Positions 28,977-38,411 are shown, numbered from the stretch's first letter. The stretch: DNA of 64,000 bases from an uncultured Pseudomonadota bacterium (GCA_902793435.1 CADBDF010000004.1:11650-75649); one strand, 5' to 3'. A program made the numbers and translations. Notes: generated from the letters alone by a model not told the origin.

Positions 28977-29641
28977 TACGCAACAAAGAATTTTAATTTA
29001 TCTATCAATTCTGGACGATTTATTTCTACCAACCTATAAACCTGTTCTGCTCGAACAAAACTGGTTCCTAACATGACATGTAATTCCATATTTTGTGCCG
29101 TCCAATTTTCCAACGCACTGTAAATTCTGCCAACAAAATCAGATTTATCCATATCTTCGTGCGACATAATTAGCAACACAGATGACGCGTGTAATTTATT
29201 TAAATCCGCAAACACATCGTCCCAATCCAAAGGCCATATTTCAAATATATCCAACCCGATTGATAAATCTTTGTTAAAAAACAAATCATCACGCACAGCC
29301 GACAGCGATTCAGCGAATCGTTTTAAATCATTTAATTTCACAATTAACTGTGCGCCATTTGCACCCTGTTTAAATACAGAATTTATATTAACAGCCAAAT
29401 TTGAAATATCATCACCTGCAACACAATCGAATCGCGAATATATTTTTATATTTGATTTTTCAACCCATGGCCAAATCACAGGAACCGATGTCGGCAATAC
29501 CGATAATGCAGGCACTTTCATTTCAACCATATATTCCGCCGCCCCCGCCAATTCCGCACCGTCCGGATTATCACCCATCCACAAAGACACAGATTTTGCC
29601 ACATCAACATTATTATCAAAAATTTCTTTTATATCTATCAT
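28973..29641 (-). CDS. Hypothetical protein, DeoC/aldolase-like TIM barrel (degenerate)
   Basis: ALSVLP..V..I..W...S.IKI and F..GA.GAQLIV patterns resemble DeoC; catalytic Lys/Asp not seen. Confidence 0.45.
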   Translation of the reverse strand: MIDIKEIFDNNVDVAKSVSLWMGDNPDGAELAGAAEYMVEMKVPALSVLPTSVPVIWPWVEKSNIKIYSRFDCVAGDDISNLAVNINSVFKQGANGAQLIVKLNDLKRFAESLSAVRDDLFFNKDLSIGLDIFEIWPLDWDDVFADLNKLHASSVLLIMSHEDMDKSDFVGRIYSALENWTAQNMELHVMLGTSFVRAEQVYRLVEINRPELIDKLKFFVAY

Positions 29642-29666
29642 TATGCTTTCTAGTTTATCATAAATA

Positions 29667-29675
29667 TGATATAAT
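29667..29675 (+). promoter_or_regulatory. Extended -10 promoter, back-to-back with a divergent TGATAAACT box
   Basis: TGATATAAT 8 nt before ATG 29684. Confidence 0.6.
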
Positions 29676-29683
29676 TAAAACAA

Positions 29684-30604
29684 ATGAAATTACACGAAAG
29701 ACTAAATTTTTTATTACTGGGGACACTATGGATTTTGGCCATAGTGTTGATATTGAATTTTTGGTTAAATACGGCATACCGTTTTAATATGTTTTCTGGG
29801 GCACATTGGGAATATATATCAAATATCCAGGCCCAAAACCTGCCTATATCCAGTGGTTTTTATATTGCATTTATTATTGCAATAACAATGGCTATACTGG
29901 GGTTATATTTATTATTCCGTCCAAAATTTAGAAAAATAAAATTGCCCATATCACAAAAAACTGTGACGCAACAAATCACACCACAACAACCAATTATCAA
30001 ACCCGAACAAACGGTTCAGCAACCCGCACCCCTGGAACAAAAAAACGATATTCAACCGACAAACACACAAATATCATCAAATCCAATGATGGCACGACCA
30101 CCGCGTTTGCATATTCAAATGCCACAAAAAACAGTAAATCGTCCTGTCACCGCAACCCAAAACACACAACCAGCAATAAAAAAACAAGAACCCGTTGCGC
30201 GCTATACGCATGAAATCCGGGAAATTTTTGAAAAAAATAAATTTATGGTTTTAACACCAAAACCAATCAATCGTATTCCTTTGTCATTGATTGCAATTGG
30301 TGCAAATGAAACATTATGGATTGGCGCAACCAATATATCACACGAACAAATGAGTGATATAATATTGACATTAAAAAATGTATTTAACGAAACACTGGAA
30401 GATATTGAAATAGATTTAAATGCATTTATAATAAACCCAACAGATACAGATTTCGTAGATGCAATTTTGGATTTAAAAGATATTCAAGAACTAGAATCCG
30501 CAATCCAAAATATTCCAAACGAACCTGAATCTGACGAAAACGACAGTATGGACGCTTTTGCTGGATATATTGAAACCGTTTTGACATATTTGGGAAATAA
30601 ATAA
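29684..30604 (+). CDS. Membrane protein: 2 TM, Pro/Gln linker, alpha/beta C-domain
   Basis: Two hydrophobic helices, low-complexity linker, acidic C-terminal domain; first gene of a coupled operon. Confidence 0.75.
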   Translation: MKLHERLNFLLLGTLWILAIVLILNFWLNTAYRFNMFSGAHWEYISNIQAQNLPISSGFYIAFIIAITMAILGLYLLFRPKFRKIKLPISQKTVTQQITPQQPIIKPEQTVQQPAPLEQKNDIQPTNTQISSNPMMARPPRLHIQMPQKTVNRPVTATQNTQPAIKKQEPVARYTHEIREIFEKNKFMVLTPKPINRIPLSLIAIGANETLWIGATNISHEQMSDIILTLKNVFNETLEDIEIDLNAFIINPTDTDFVDAILDLKDIQELESAIQNIPNEPESDENDSMDAFAGYIETVLTYLGNK

Positions 30605-31110
30605 TGAAAATAAGTGAAACAAATGCTATTGCACGCATATCAGAACTGGGCATGGACGATATGCCCCTGATAGAATACACCCCAAAACCCAAATTATTAC
30701 CAAACGATTGGTTTGCAAAATATCGCACATTATGTCATGAATTTATGGAATCTTTATCTAATTGTGCCACCGAAATTGCATTTATGAATTTATCACAAAA
30801 TGAATTTATGGGGTTATTAACCGGACGTGCATTACCACGAAACACATCTATTCGGTGGCGCATACCAATTACACTGGGTGGCGAAATGTCGATTGAAAAC
30901 ATGTTTTTATGTCGCACCTTCCCAAACAGCCACAGATTAGACAGATTCATAATGGAACAAACCGGCAACGAAACATTATGGTTGCCCAATCCTGAAAAAG
31001 CGGTATATGTCACAACACATACGGCAACGGGTGGCACCGGCGGTAACGCAACATCTGACCGTCTGTCCCAGGTCGCCGCACAAATCGCCAAAGATAATTC
31101 ATTGGGGTAA
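30604..31110 (+). CDS. Degenerate HNH toxin-like domain protein
   Basis: IEYT...F...L...LS......G..P...IRWRIPITLGG....NMFL....P..H......P.P...VY parallels HNH toxin tips, with VHH replaced by IRW. Confidence 0.6.
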   Translation: MKISETNAIARISELGMDDMPLIEYTPKPKLLPNDWFAKYRTLCHEFMESLSNCATEIAFMNLSQNEFMGLLTGRALPRNTSIRWRIPITLGGEMSIENMFLCRTFPNSHRLDRFIMEQTGNETLWLPNPEKAVYVTTHTATGGTGGNATSDRLSQVAAQIAKDNSLG

Positions 31111-31113
31111 AAC

Positions 31114-31548
31114 ATGAACCAAACAGAATTTTTAGACACAATAAAAAATAAAGGCGCATTGATTTGGGGACCATCAAACGCACGCGCCATTGAACACGCA
31201 AACTCTAATTTACAGCAAAAAAAATGTGCCATGTTTCCTAATTTTATGATTAGTTTATATACACAAACGGCTGGAATAAATTTAGGCTCCGGATATATAT
31301 TTGGTCCAACGGAATTACCAAATGGAAACAATTTTCCAATTCCCAGTATCACAGATATAAACTCAGAAATTCAAAACATACCTGCATTAAAAAACAAAAC
31401 ATTATTTGGTCGCAACGATTTATTTTGGTTTGCATTTGATTCTTTTGGAACATGTTATATGCTCAGTAATATAAACGGCAGCATTTTACGCAAATATGAT
31501 GACGGATATCGCGCATTATACGATTGCTTGATGGGTGGAAAAATTTAA
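31114..31548 (+). CDS. SMI1/KNR4 (SUKH, YrhA-like) immunity-type protein
   Basis: P.S...I......FP.F...LY....G....GYIFG.......SI...N...LFG..D...FAFD....Y. Confidence 0.72.
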   Translation: MNQTEFLDTIKNKGALIWGPSNARAIEHANSNLQQKKCAMFPNFMISLYTQTAGINLGSGYIFGPTELPNGNNFPIPSITDINSEIQNIPALKNKTLFGRNDLFWFAFDSFGTCYMLSNINGSILRKYDDGYRALYDCLMGGKI

Positions 31549-31758
31549 ATGAAAAAACTATCTGTATCTTTATCTGGACATCAAACCAGTATATCACTGG
31601 AACCTGAATTTATATTGGAATTACAGCGTATAGCCAAAAATCAAAACACATCGGTCGCGGCAATTATTTCCAATATAGACAAAACGCGCAGTGCAAATTC
31701 AAATTTATCATCTGCAATACGCGTTTGGATTTTAAATAATATAAAAAGAGACAATTAA
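31549..31758 (+). CDS. Ribbon-helix-helix protein (RHH_4 family)
   Basis: KKLSVSLSGHQTSISLEPEF...L..IA...NLSSAIRVWIL. Confidence 0.9.
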   Translation: MKKLSVSLSGHQTSISLEPEFILELQRIAKNQNTSVAAIISNIDKTRSANSNLSSAIRVWILNNIKRDN

Positions 31759-32441
31759 TCTTTTTGCTTACTATTTTGTTCTAACTGCATCATCAATATT
31801 TGTTGTGGCGATTTTGGCAACGCACTCAACAAAGCATCTGCGCATTGTGATTCTGTCACGAAATCATAATTTTTTTCCATCAAAGATATAATTGTATTAT
31901 GAATTTCATTATCTGAAAATTTTCTTTTTTCTGACCAATCATATTGCATTTTATATGGAACCTTAGACGATGGAGTATAAATATTGACCCCCAATTCTGT
32001 TGCTAATTTTCTGCGTGCGTCATTTGAATTAAACAAACACAATGCCGTATTACGACCATGCGCGGTTCTGCGAAATTGAATCAACGGCATACCTTTTTCA
32101 TCACGCATAGATGCCAAATCTTTATCTTTGATATCACGCACCAATTTGACAATTTTATAAACAGGTATGCGATATAATGAAACCAAACGAACCACAGGAG
32201 TCCAATGAATATCTTGCTCTGGAACTTTTTTTAAATTCACCAAATTAAACTTATTAACAAATTCATCAAAATAACCTTTATGTAAAAAATATTGACCGTC
32301 ACGAAACAAAACGTGTTTATGACCACCCCATGTATCATAAACAGATTTTAAATTTTGTACCAACGCATCACGTGATATATCAACATTCGCCCGTATTTTT
32401 TCATAATCCAACCAAACATTAGTTTTAAACATAATAATCAC
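31755..32441 (-). CDS. Hypothetical protein
   Basis: 228-aa ORF with GGGTG RBS; no family recognised. Confidence 0.6.
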   Translation of the reverse strand: MIIMFKTNVWLDYEKIRANVDISRDALVQNLKSVYDTWGGHKHVLFRDGQYFLHKGYFDEFVNKFNLVNLKKVPEQDIHWTPVVRLVSLYRIPVYKIVKLVRDIKDKDLASMRDEKGMPLIQFRRTAHGRNTALCLFNSNDARRKLATELGVNIYTPSSKVPYKMQYDWSEKRKFSDNEIHNTIISLMEKNYDFVTESQCADALLSALPKSPQQILMMQLEQNSKQKD

Positions 32442-32475
32442 CCTTTTATTTTTTTACAAATAACACTATATATCT

Positions 32476-34419
32476 TTAATTACGTTTATCAAGTCTATAC
32501 GCAATAAATCCGCCAAAAATTGCAATTAGAACAATTATAACGAACCACGCGTCACGCCCCAACATTCTGTATAAAGTCATATGAGAACCAGTTGCCACAC
32601 CGTCCAACACACCAATTTGTCCAATGGGTAATTGCGATATAATTTTACCGTCCGCACCAACAAACGCACTAATTCCAGAATAATTAGCCCTGATAACCGG
32701 AACACCCGATTCGATTGCCGCCCTGCGCACCATATCCAGATGTTGATATGTCCCCGGTGTTTTTCCAAACCAAGTATCATTTGTTATATTCACAATCGCA
32801 TCAACATAATCATTTTTTACAACCGCGTTTGAAAATATAATTTCATAGCAAACCGCCGGCGCAAAAACAAAACTGGTGTTTTTATCAATACGTAAATCCA
32901 TCAAACGCGCACCTTGCCCAGCCGTCAAATTTGCAGGTGTTGGAATAAATTTAATTGGGCCATATTCACCAAACGGCACCAAATGAGATTTACTGTAATA
33001 ATCTAAAATATCACCATTTTCATTTGCCAAAACCAATGAATTATATACTGACGAATCATAATCAACAACATGCGCACCAATTATCACAGGAACATTTAAT
33101 TGTTTTGCAATCGGCATAAAATCATTTGGACGCAATGCAAACGGATACGATGTTTCTGGATAAATAACAACATCAATATTGCGAACATCACCCGCCAATT
33201 TTATCAATGCATCAACACGATTTTTTGCCTGATTCAATGCGTCCGCACGCGTCATAGAAATTTTAGATTCTTGACTGGTCACTGGTTGAACGACACGAAT
33301 TCGCGTTGCACCATTACCCGTATTTGATTGCCCAATATTGTTATACCCAACAAATATTCCAACAAATAAAAACACAGAAAAAAACAGCAACAAAAACCAA
33401 TTCGCTTTGCCACCACGATTATATAATAATTGCACAGACGATGCAATCAAACCCAATATCACAAATCCTAATCCCAATGCCCCAAACAACGACATAGAAT
33501 TCGAAATAATTGCGCCACCCAAAGTAATATTTGCAATTGGATTCCATGGAAAACCAGTCAAAAACCATTCACGCAACCACAACACCGCGGTTGCCGACAA
33601 AGCAAAAACCATTGGTTTTACACTATTTTTATTGTATATACATCGTGTCAATACAAATGGAATTGTGAATATAATTGCGCCAACCAATGCCAATCCAATC
33701 AATGCCGGCCCGGTCCAAATTGCAAATCGTTTTGTTAATTCCGGAACAACATATATGGAATTTAACGACCACCAAAACATAGATACCGAATACATGGCGC
33801 CAAAAGGAACTGCACGCAGCCAAACCCGCCACCAAGCAATCTTTTCGTTATCAACACACAACAACCAATATGCCACACCAAATGACAAAATCGTTATCCA
33901 CCACAAATTAAAAGGTGCAAAACCCAACGACGCCAAACCACCCAGCGCCCCAACCAATACATATTTCCACCACTTAAACCCAGAAATATTTTCATCAGCA
34001 TACGGATTTTTAAATCCCAACTTTTTCAAAACCTTGATTTCCTTGGACTCCATAACACGCGCCTGGGCATCGGTCAAATGATCATACCCCAACAAATGAA
34101 ACATACCATGCACAACCATATGCGCCGTATGTTCAGCCACAGAAATATTAGCAGCCGCCGCCTCACGTTTTACCGTATCCAACGATATATAAATATCACC
34201 CAACAAAATATCGTCCCCCAATTCAAAAGACAAAACATTTGTTGGTTTATCCATATCACGATACATTTTATTCATCGCATGAATTTCATTATCATCAGTC
34301 AAAGTGATAGAAACCTCGGCATCATGATATTTTGCACCAACAACCGCATTTGCAATTTTTTCAAAATCTATATTATATTTTTTCCAACGAGAATCATTAT
34401 AATTCACATAAACTTTCAT
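32476..34419 (-). CDS. ybeY-lnt: YbeY-Lnt fusion (rRNA maturation RNase + apolipoprotein N-acyltransferase)
   Basis: N-terminal KPTNVLSF, LGDIYI, HMVVHGMFHLLGYDH; then GFPWN, YPET, YSKSHLVPFGEY, VCYE, TNDTWFG in one frame; GAGG RBS before 34419. Confidence 0.92.
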   Translation of the reverse strand: MKVYVNYNDSRWKKYNIDFEKIANAVVGAKYHDAEVSITLTDDNEIHAMNKMYRDMDKPTNVLSFELGDDILLGDIYISLDTVKREAAAANISVAEHTAHMVVHGMFHLLGYDHLTDAQARVMESKEIKVLKKLGFKNPYADENISGFKWWKYVLVGALGGLASLGFAPFNLWWITILSFGVAYWLLCVDNEKIAWWRVWLRAVPFGAMYSVSMFWWSLNSIYVVPELTKRFAIWTGPALIGLALVGAIIFTIPFVLTRCIYNKNSVKPMVFALSATAVLWLREWFLTGFPWNPIANITLGGAIISNSMSLFGALGLGFVILGLIASSVQLLYNRGGKANWFLLLFFSVFLFVGIFVGYNNIGQSNTGNGATRIRVVQPVTSQESKISMTRADALNQAKNRVDALIKLAGDVRNIDVVIYPETSYPFALRPNDFMPIAKQLNVPVIIGAHVVDYDSSVYNSLVLANENGDILDYYSKSHLVPFGEYGPIKFIPTPANLTAGQGARLMDLRIDKNTSFVFAPAVCYEIIFSNAVVKNDYVDAIVNITNDTWFGKTPGTYQHLDMVRRAAIESGVPVIRANYSGISAFVGADGKIISQLPIGQIGVLDGVATGSHMTLYRMLGRDAWFVIIVLIAIFGGFIAYRLDKRN

Positions 34420-34438
34420 AGTATTGCCTCTATACGCA

Positions 34439-34819
34439 TTAATTCTGGGATTTTTTATTTTTCCCCAATCCAGATTTTTTTGCAATTTTCGACCTGACAT
34501 TTGCATAATTTGGTGCAACAAATGGGTAATCATCTGGCAATCCCCATTTTGCACGATACTGTTCAGGTGTCATATTAAATCGCCGTTTAATATAACGCCG
34601 TAACATAACATGCCACGTTCCATCTTCCAGACATTGAATTCTATCTGGTTGGACCGAATCAGCAATTTGTTGGGGACTGACCACCGTTCCACGCAAAATT
34701 GCACGCGCAGAATTTACCGCATCAGCCATAGACAAATCTGGATTATTTGCCATTGCCGCCGCCGCCAGATTCGCAACAGCCAATGTAAATTCATTATTTT
34801 TCGTATTAATATTTACCAT
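34439..34819 (-). CDS. mucR: MucR/Ros family regulator
   Basis: IQCLEDG...MLRR...MTPEQYRAKWGLP.DYP.VAPNY...RS.IAK..GLG. Confidence 0.93.
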   Translation of the reverse strand: MVNINTKNNEFTLAVANLAAAAMANNPDLSMADAVNSARAILRGTVVSPQQIADSVQPDRIQCLEDGTWHVMLRRYIKRRFNMTPEQYRAKWGLPDDYPFVAPNYANVRSKIAKKSGLGKNKKSQN

Positions 34820-34891
34820 TTGCCAAAAATCCTTTTATTTACTAATATTATATCACAAATAAACTACAAATAAAACGAAAGTCAAATTATA

Positions 34892-36172
34892 ATGAAAAAA
34901 GATACCAGACCACTCGCCGATATTATGCGCCCCACAACCATAGAAGAAGTTGTTGGCCAACAAAATTTATTAGGCGAAAACGGATTGATACGCCGTATGG
35001 TTGATAACCACAAATTATCAAATTTAATATTATGGGGTCCCCCAGGTTGCGGTAAAACAACAATTGCACGCGCATTGGCACATTCTGTTGATATGGATTT
35101 TGTCCCGATGTCTGCGGTATTTTCTGGGTCTGCCGATATAAAGAAAGCAATGGACGCGGCGCGTATGAATCGCGATATTGGTCGTGGAACACTGTTATTC
35201 ATAGACGAAATACACAGATTTAATAAAACCCAGCAAGATACATTATTACCGTACCTGGAAGACGGTACAGTTGTTTTTATCGGTGCCACAACCGAAAACC
35301 CCAGTTTCAATTTAAACAACGCATTGCTGTCACGTTGTCATATTGGTGTATTAACTGCACTCGGCACAGATGATTTAATGATATTATTAGATCGCGCCGA
35401 AAAATTTTTAAATAAAAAATTACCATTAACCATGGACGCAAAAATTCACTTGGCACAAATGGCGGACGGCGACGCGCGATTTTTATTAAACACCGTTGAA
35501 TATTTATCAAGCGCGAATTTTAAACACGATTTAGACATAGATGCATTAGACAGCGCAATACAAAAACGCGCGCCATTAAGTGATAAAACAGGTGACGAAC
35601 ATTATAATTTAATATCTGCGGTTCATAAATCTTTACGCGCCAGCGATACAGATGCGGCATTATACTGGGTCGCCCGCATGATGACATCTGGCCAAGACGC
35701 CAGATATATATTCAGGCGACTAACACGATTTGCAATGGAAGATGTTGGCCTGGCCGACCCAAACGCATTACAAATTGCAATTGCAGCATGGAACGCATAC
35801 GAACGCCTGGGCAGTCCCGAAGGCGATATCGCATTGACAGAACTGGTTGTATATTTGGGCACAGCTCCAAAAAGTAACGCATGTGACCGCGCAATTCACG
35901 CATCGTATTCTGCGGCAGAAAAAACAGGCAGCCTGCCCCCACCAAAAAACATTTTAAACGCACCAACAAAAATGATGAAAAATTTAGGGTATGGTGCCGG
36001 ATACATTTATGAACCAGATACTGCACTTGGATTTTCTGGTCAAAACTGTTTCCCAGAAACCATGTCACGCCAAAGATATTACACACCTGTGGAACGCGGA
36101 TTTGAACGTGAAATAAAAAAACGTATTGATTATTGGGACGGATTACGTGAAAAAATAAACAATAAAAAATAA
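34892..36172 (+). CDS. rarA: Replication-associated recombination protein A
   Basis: PLAD.MRP, GPPGCGKTT, DEIHRFNK.QQD, GATTENPSF, HKSLR.SD, APKSN. Confidence 0.96.
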   Translation: MKKDTRPLADIMRPTTIEEVVGQQNLLGENGLIRRMVDNHKLSNLILWGPPGCGKTTIARALAHSVDMDFVPMSAVFSGSADIKKAMDAARMNRDIGRGTLLFIDEIHRFNKTQQDTLLPYLEDGTVVFIGATTENPSFNLNNALLSRCHIGVLTALGTDDLMILLDRAEKFLNKKLPLTMDAKIHLAQMADGDARFLLNTVEYLSSANFKHDLDIDALDSAIQKRAPLSDKTGDEHYNLISAVHKSLRASDTDAALYWVARMMTSGQDARYIFRRLTRFAMEDVGLADPNALQIAIAAWNAYERLGSPEGDIALTELVVYLGTAPKSNACDRAIHASYSAAEKTGSLPPPKNILNAPTKMMKNLGYGAGYIYEPDTALGFSGQNCFPETMSRQRYYTPVERGFEREIKKRIDYWDGLREKINNKK

Positions 36173-36195
36173 CGCCATTTTGGCGTTATTTTTTT
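36164..36195. terminator. Bidirectional intrinsic terminator
   Basis: aaaaaataacgcca-tt-tggcgttatttttt between convergent genes. Confidence 0.85.
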
Positions 36196-36919
36196 AAAAC
36201 AGAATATTTAAATACATGCCGACCGCAGATTCTTCCCGTTCATATTCATACGAAAATGTTGCGCCATATTGCGTCCGTCCAAATTGACGCGCCAATTTAA
36301 AACGCAACCATTCACGGTCAAAGTCAGGATTTGTTGCAACACGAATTGTCGCACCAATTCCCAAACGCCAACCATCAACCATACGAAAATACGAATCAGG
36401 CATAAAATCAATATATGACATGCCACGCGTATCATCAAAAATCCATGTTGATTTAACAGTTCCCGCCAAAGACACCCCTGCCCATTGGCGTCCAACACGC
36501 AATCCCGCAAAATATGTTGATTTTGCAAAGTCTGGTTCCCGCACATGACGATTACCACCAAATCGCGCACCGAATAAAACATCGGTTAAAATATGTGCCG
36601 AATTATTATCCGCCAACCCTGCACGATAAACACCGTTTAATTCGATACTGGAAAAACCGCGTTCTTTGCGTTCATGCACAAAATCGAACTGATAATGAAC
36701 ATTTGCGCCCGCGGTCAAACGACTGTTCAAACCATACGAAAACGCCTGACCCAACCGCAAAATATCATTACCATAATCAACAGATGTTGTTGATAATAAA
36801 TGTTCTGTGTCCAACAGATACAACACATCAGATGTATCTGCCATCAAATAATCGTCATCTGCGTATGCGGCACCACACAGCACAACCGTTCCAACAAAAC
36901 CACATAATAACTTTTTCAT
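36194..36919 (-). CDS. Outer-membrane beta-barrel protein
   Basis: Signal peptide; FSYGL..RL, amphipathic strands, terminal Phe. Confidence 0.65.
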   Translation of the reverse strand: MKKLLCGFVGTVVLCGAAYADDDYLMADTSDVLYLLDTEHLLSTTSVDYGNDILRLGQAFSYGLNSRLTAGANVHYQFDFVHERKERGFSSIELNGVYRAGLADNNSAHILTDVLFGARFGGNRHVREPDFAKSTYFAGLRVGRQWAGVSLAGTVKSTWIFDDTRGMSYIDFMPDSYFRMVDGWRLGIGATIRVATNPDFDREWLRFKLARQFGRTQYGATFSYEYEREESAVGMYLNILF

Positions 36920-36938
36920 ATAAACCTATACCCATTGT

Positions 36939-38114
36939 TTAGAATTGGAACATAACTTGCAACCCAACCGACCATTCGCGGAATTTAGACAAATCAACAT
37001 ACGCATAATGTGCCGGGTCATTAAACTGTGCCGCCGTCGCAGGCAAAGTTCCATCATGCACAACCAAAGTCTTGTCATCTGCGCTGTCATACAAAGATGT
37101 TTTTGCATACAGATTCAATGCAAACCAATCATTTGGTTGCCAACCGAATGCGCCCTTGATAGAAAATTGGTCATGCCAATCATAGAAACCATATAAACCT
37201 TCGACATTTAACGTCCAATCTTCTGCCAATACGGTCCAAACACCCATACCTAATTCACCCATAAAAACAGTATCGGTTGAATCACCATAAACCAACATAC
37301 CCCATTCGTTCGTGGTCAGGTTTTCCATATAATCACCATAAACATCACCGTCCATATTCACCAACCAACCGCGTGCCAAACCATAGATTGTTGATGTTGC
37401 GACTTTATATCCTGCCTTTAAATCAGCAATAAAATAATCAACACCATGTTTTTGATGTTCATAATATCCAGATATCGTTGCAATCCAATCGTCTGTATCA
37501 ACAATACGACCCTGCAAACCCAAACCATACAAATTCAATCCATTTGATTTATATTCATCTGTACCTGCACCTGCGGTATCTGTCCATGTTAATTTATCAC
37601 GATTGTATTTACCCATTGCCTGCAAAGCGATACGGTCAGTCAAACCAAAACTCAAATCTTCCTTTAAAGACAATTCTTTTAATTTTCTGGCAACTTCACC
37701 TGTGGCATTACCAAAATTATATTTACCCTCTAAATATTCACCGGTGGTCACCGAACCAAATTGGAATTGCAAAGGCTGATAAAAAGGATTTGCAATAAAA
37801 TATTTACGCTTTGCAGATTTACGATATGTTTCGCCACGCATATATGTTTGTTTATTTTCACGTGGTTTTACCTGACTATAATGACGTGGTTCATAATTTG
37901 TATTGATATTATCATACACACCCGCACGCGACGCACGTGGTGCATAATCATTAGAATAAGATTCATAAGCACTGCGATTTATACGAATTGTATCACCATC
38001 AGAATTTGTCATATTGATACTGGAATACATAGAACTGCGGCCCGCCGCATTAACATCTGCACCAAACGCAACACAGCCCAAAACTGCGAAAATTCCAAAA
38101 AATTTAATATTCAT
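36939..38114 (-). CDS. Outer-membrane beta-barrel protein with N-terminal extension
   Basis: Signal peptide; LSFGLTDRI, amphipathic strands, ends GLQVMFQF. Confidence 0.7.
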   Translation of the reverse strand: MNIKFFGIFAVLGCVAFGADVNAAGRSSMYSSINMTNSDGDTIRINRSAYESYSNDYAPRASRAGVYDNINTNYEPRHYSQVKPRENKQTYMRGETYRKSAKRKYFIANPFYQPLQFQFGSVTTGEYLEGKYNFGNATGEVARKLKELSLKEDLSFGLTDRIALQAMGKYNRDKLTWTDTAGAGTDEYKSNGLNLYGLGLQGRIVDTDDWIATISGYYEHQKHGVDYFIADLKAGYKVATSTIYGLARGWLVNMDGDVYGDYMENLTTNEWGMLVYGDSTDTVFMGELGMGVWTVLAEDWTLNVEGLYGFYDWHDQFSIKGAFGWQPNDWFALNLYAKTSLYDSADDKTLVVHDGTLPATAAQFNDPAHYAYVDLSKFREWSVGLQVMFQF

Positions 38115-38220
38115 TTAAAATCTCCTTTCCCGTCAATTATATCACATTTTACCCCAATAAAAAAGCCATAATTACATTTGAATTAAAAAGTAAAAAACAA
38201 AATATAAATATGTAAATAGA

Positions 38221-38411
38221 ACGAGGTAGATACGCAGTTATTTGCAAGTGCAGTGTAAAAGAGCTACATGAGTGAGCCGGAATCAAGCAGATATGCCACA
38301 GCAAATAAAAACAGATTTTATAACAGTGTAGATGCGCAGTTGTTTGCAAGTGAAGTGTACAAATGCTACATGAACGAACAAACAACAAGCAGATATGCCG
38401 TTATAAAATCT
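38221..38411. repeat. Structured palindromic repeat, tandem copies 3 (38221-38297) and 4 (38312-38411)
   Basis: gtagatRcgcagttRtttgcaagtg.agtgta...gctacatga...caagcagatatgcc occurs twice. Confidence 0.85.

Noticed and set aside
34420-34554. N-terminal ORF extensions in the track (ybeY-lnt, also greA, lptF/G, ctpA-like, sufS, ftsK and GT genes)
   Set aside because: They overlap neighbouring genes or promoters; downstream ATGs have an RBS or -10 box and match family starts
38221-38411. Tandem repeats as a CRISPR array
   Set aside because: Units are ~90 bp and divergent, only two are in tandem, and there are no regular spacers or cas genes
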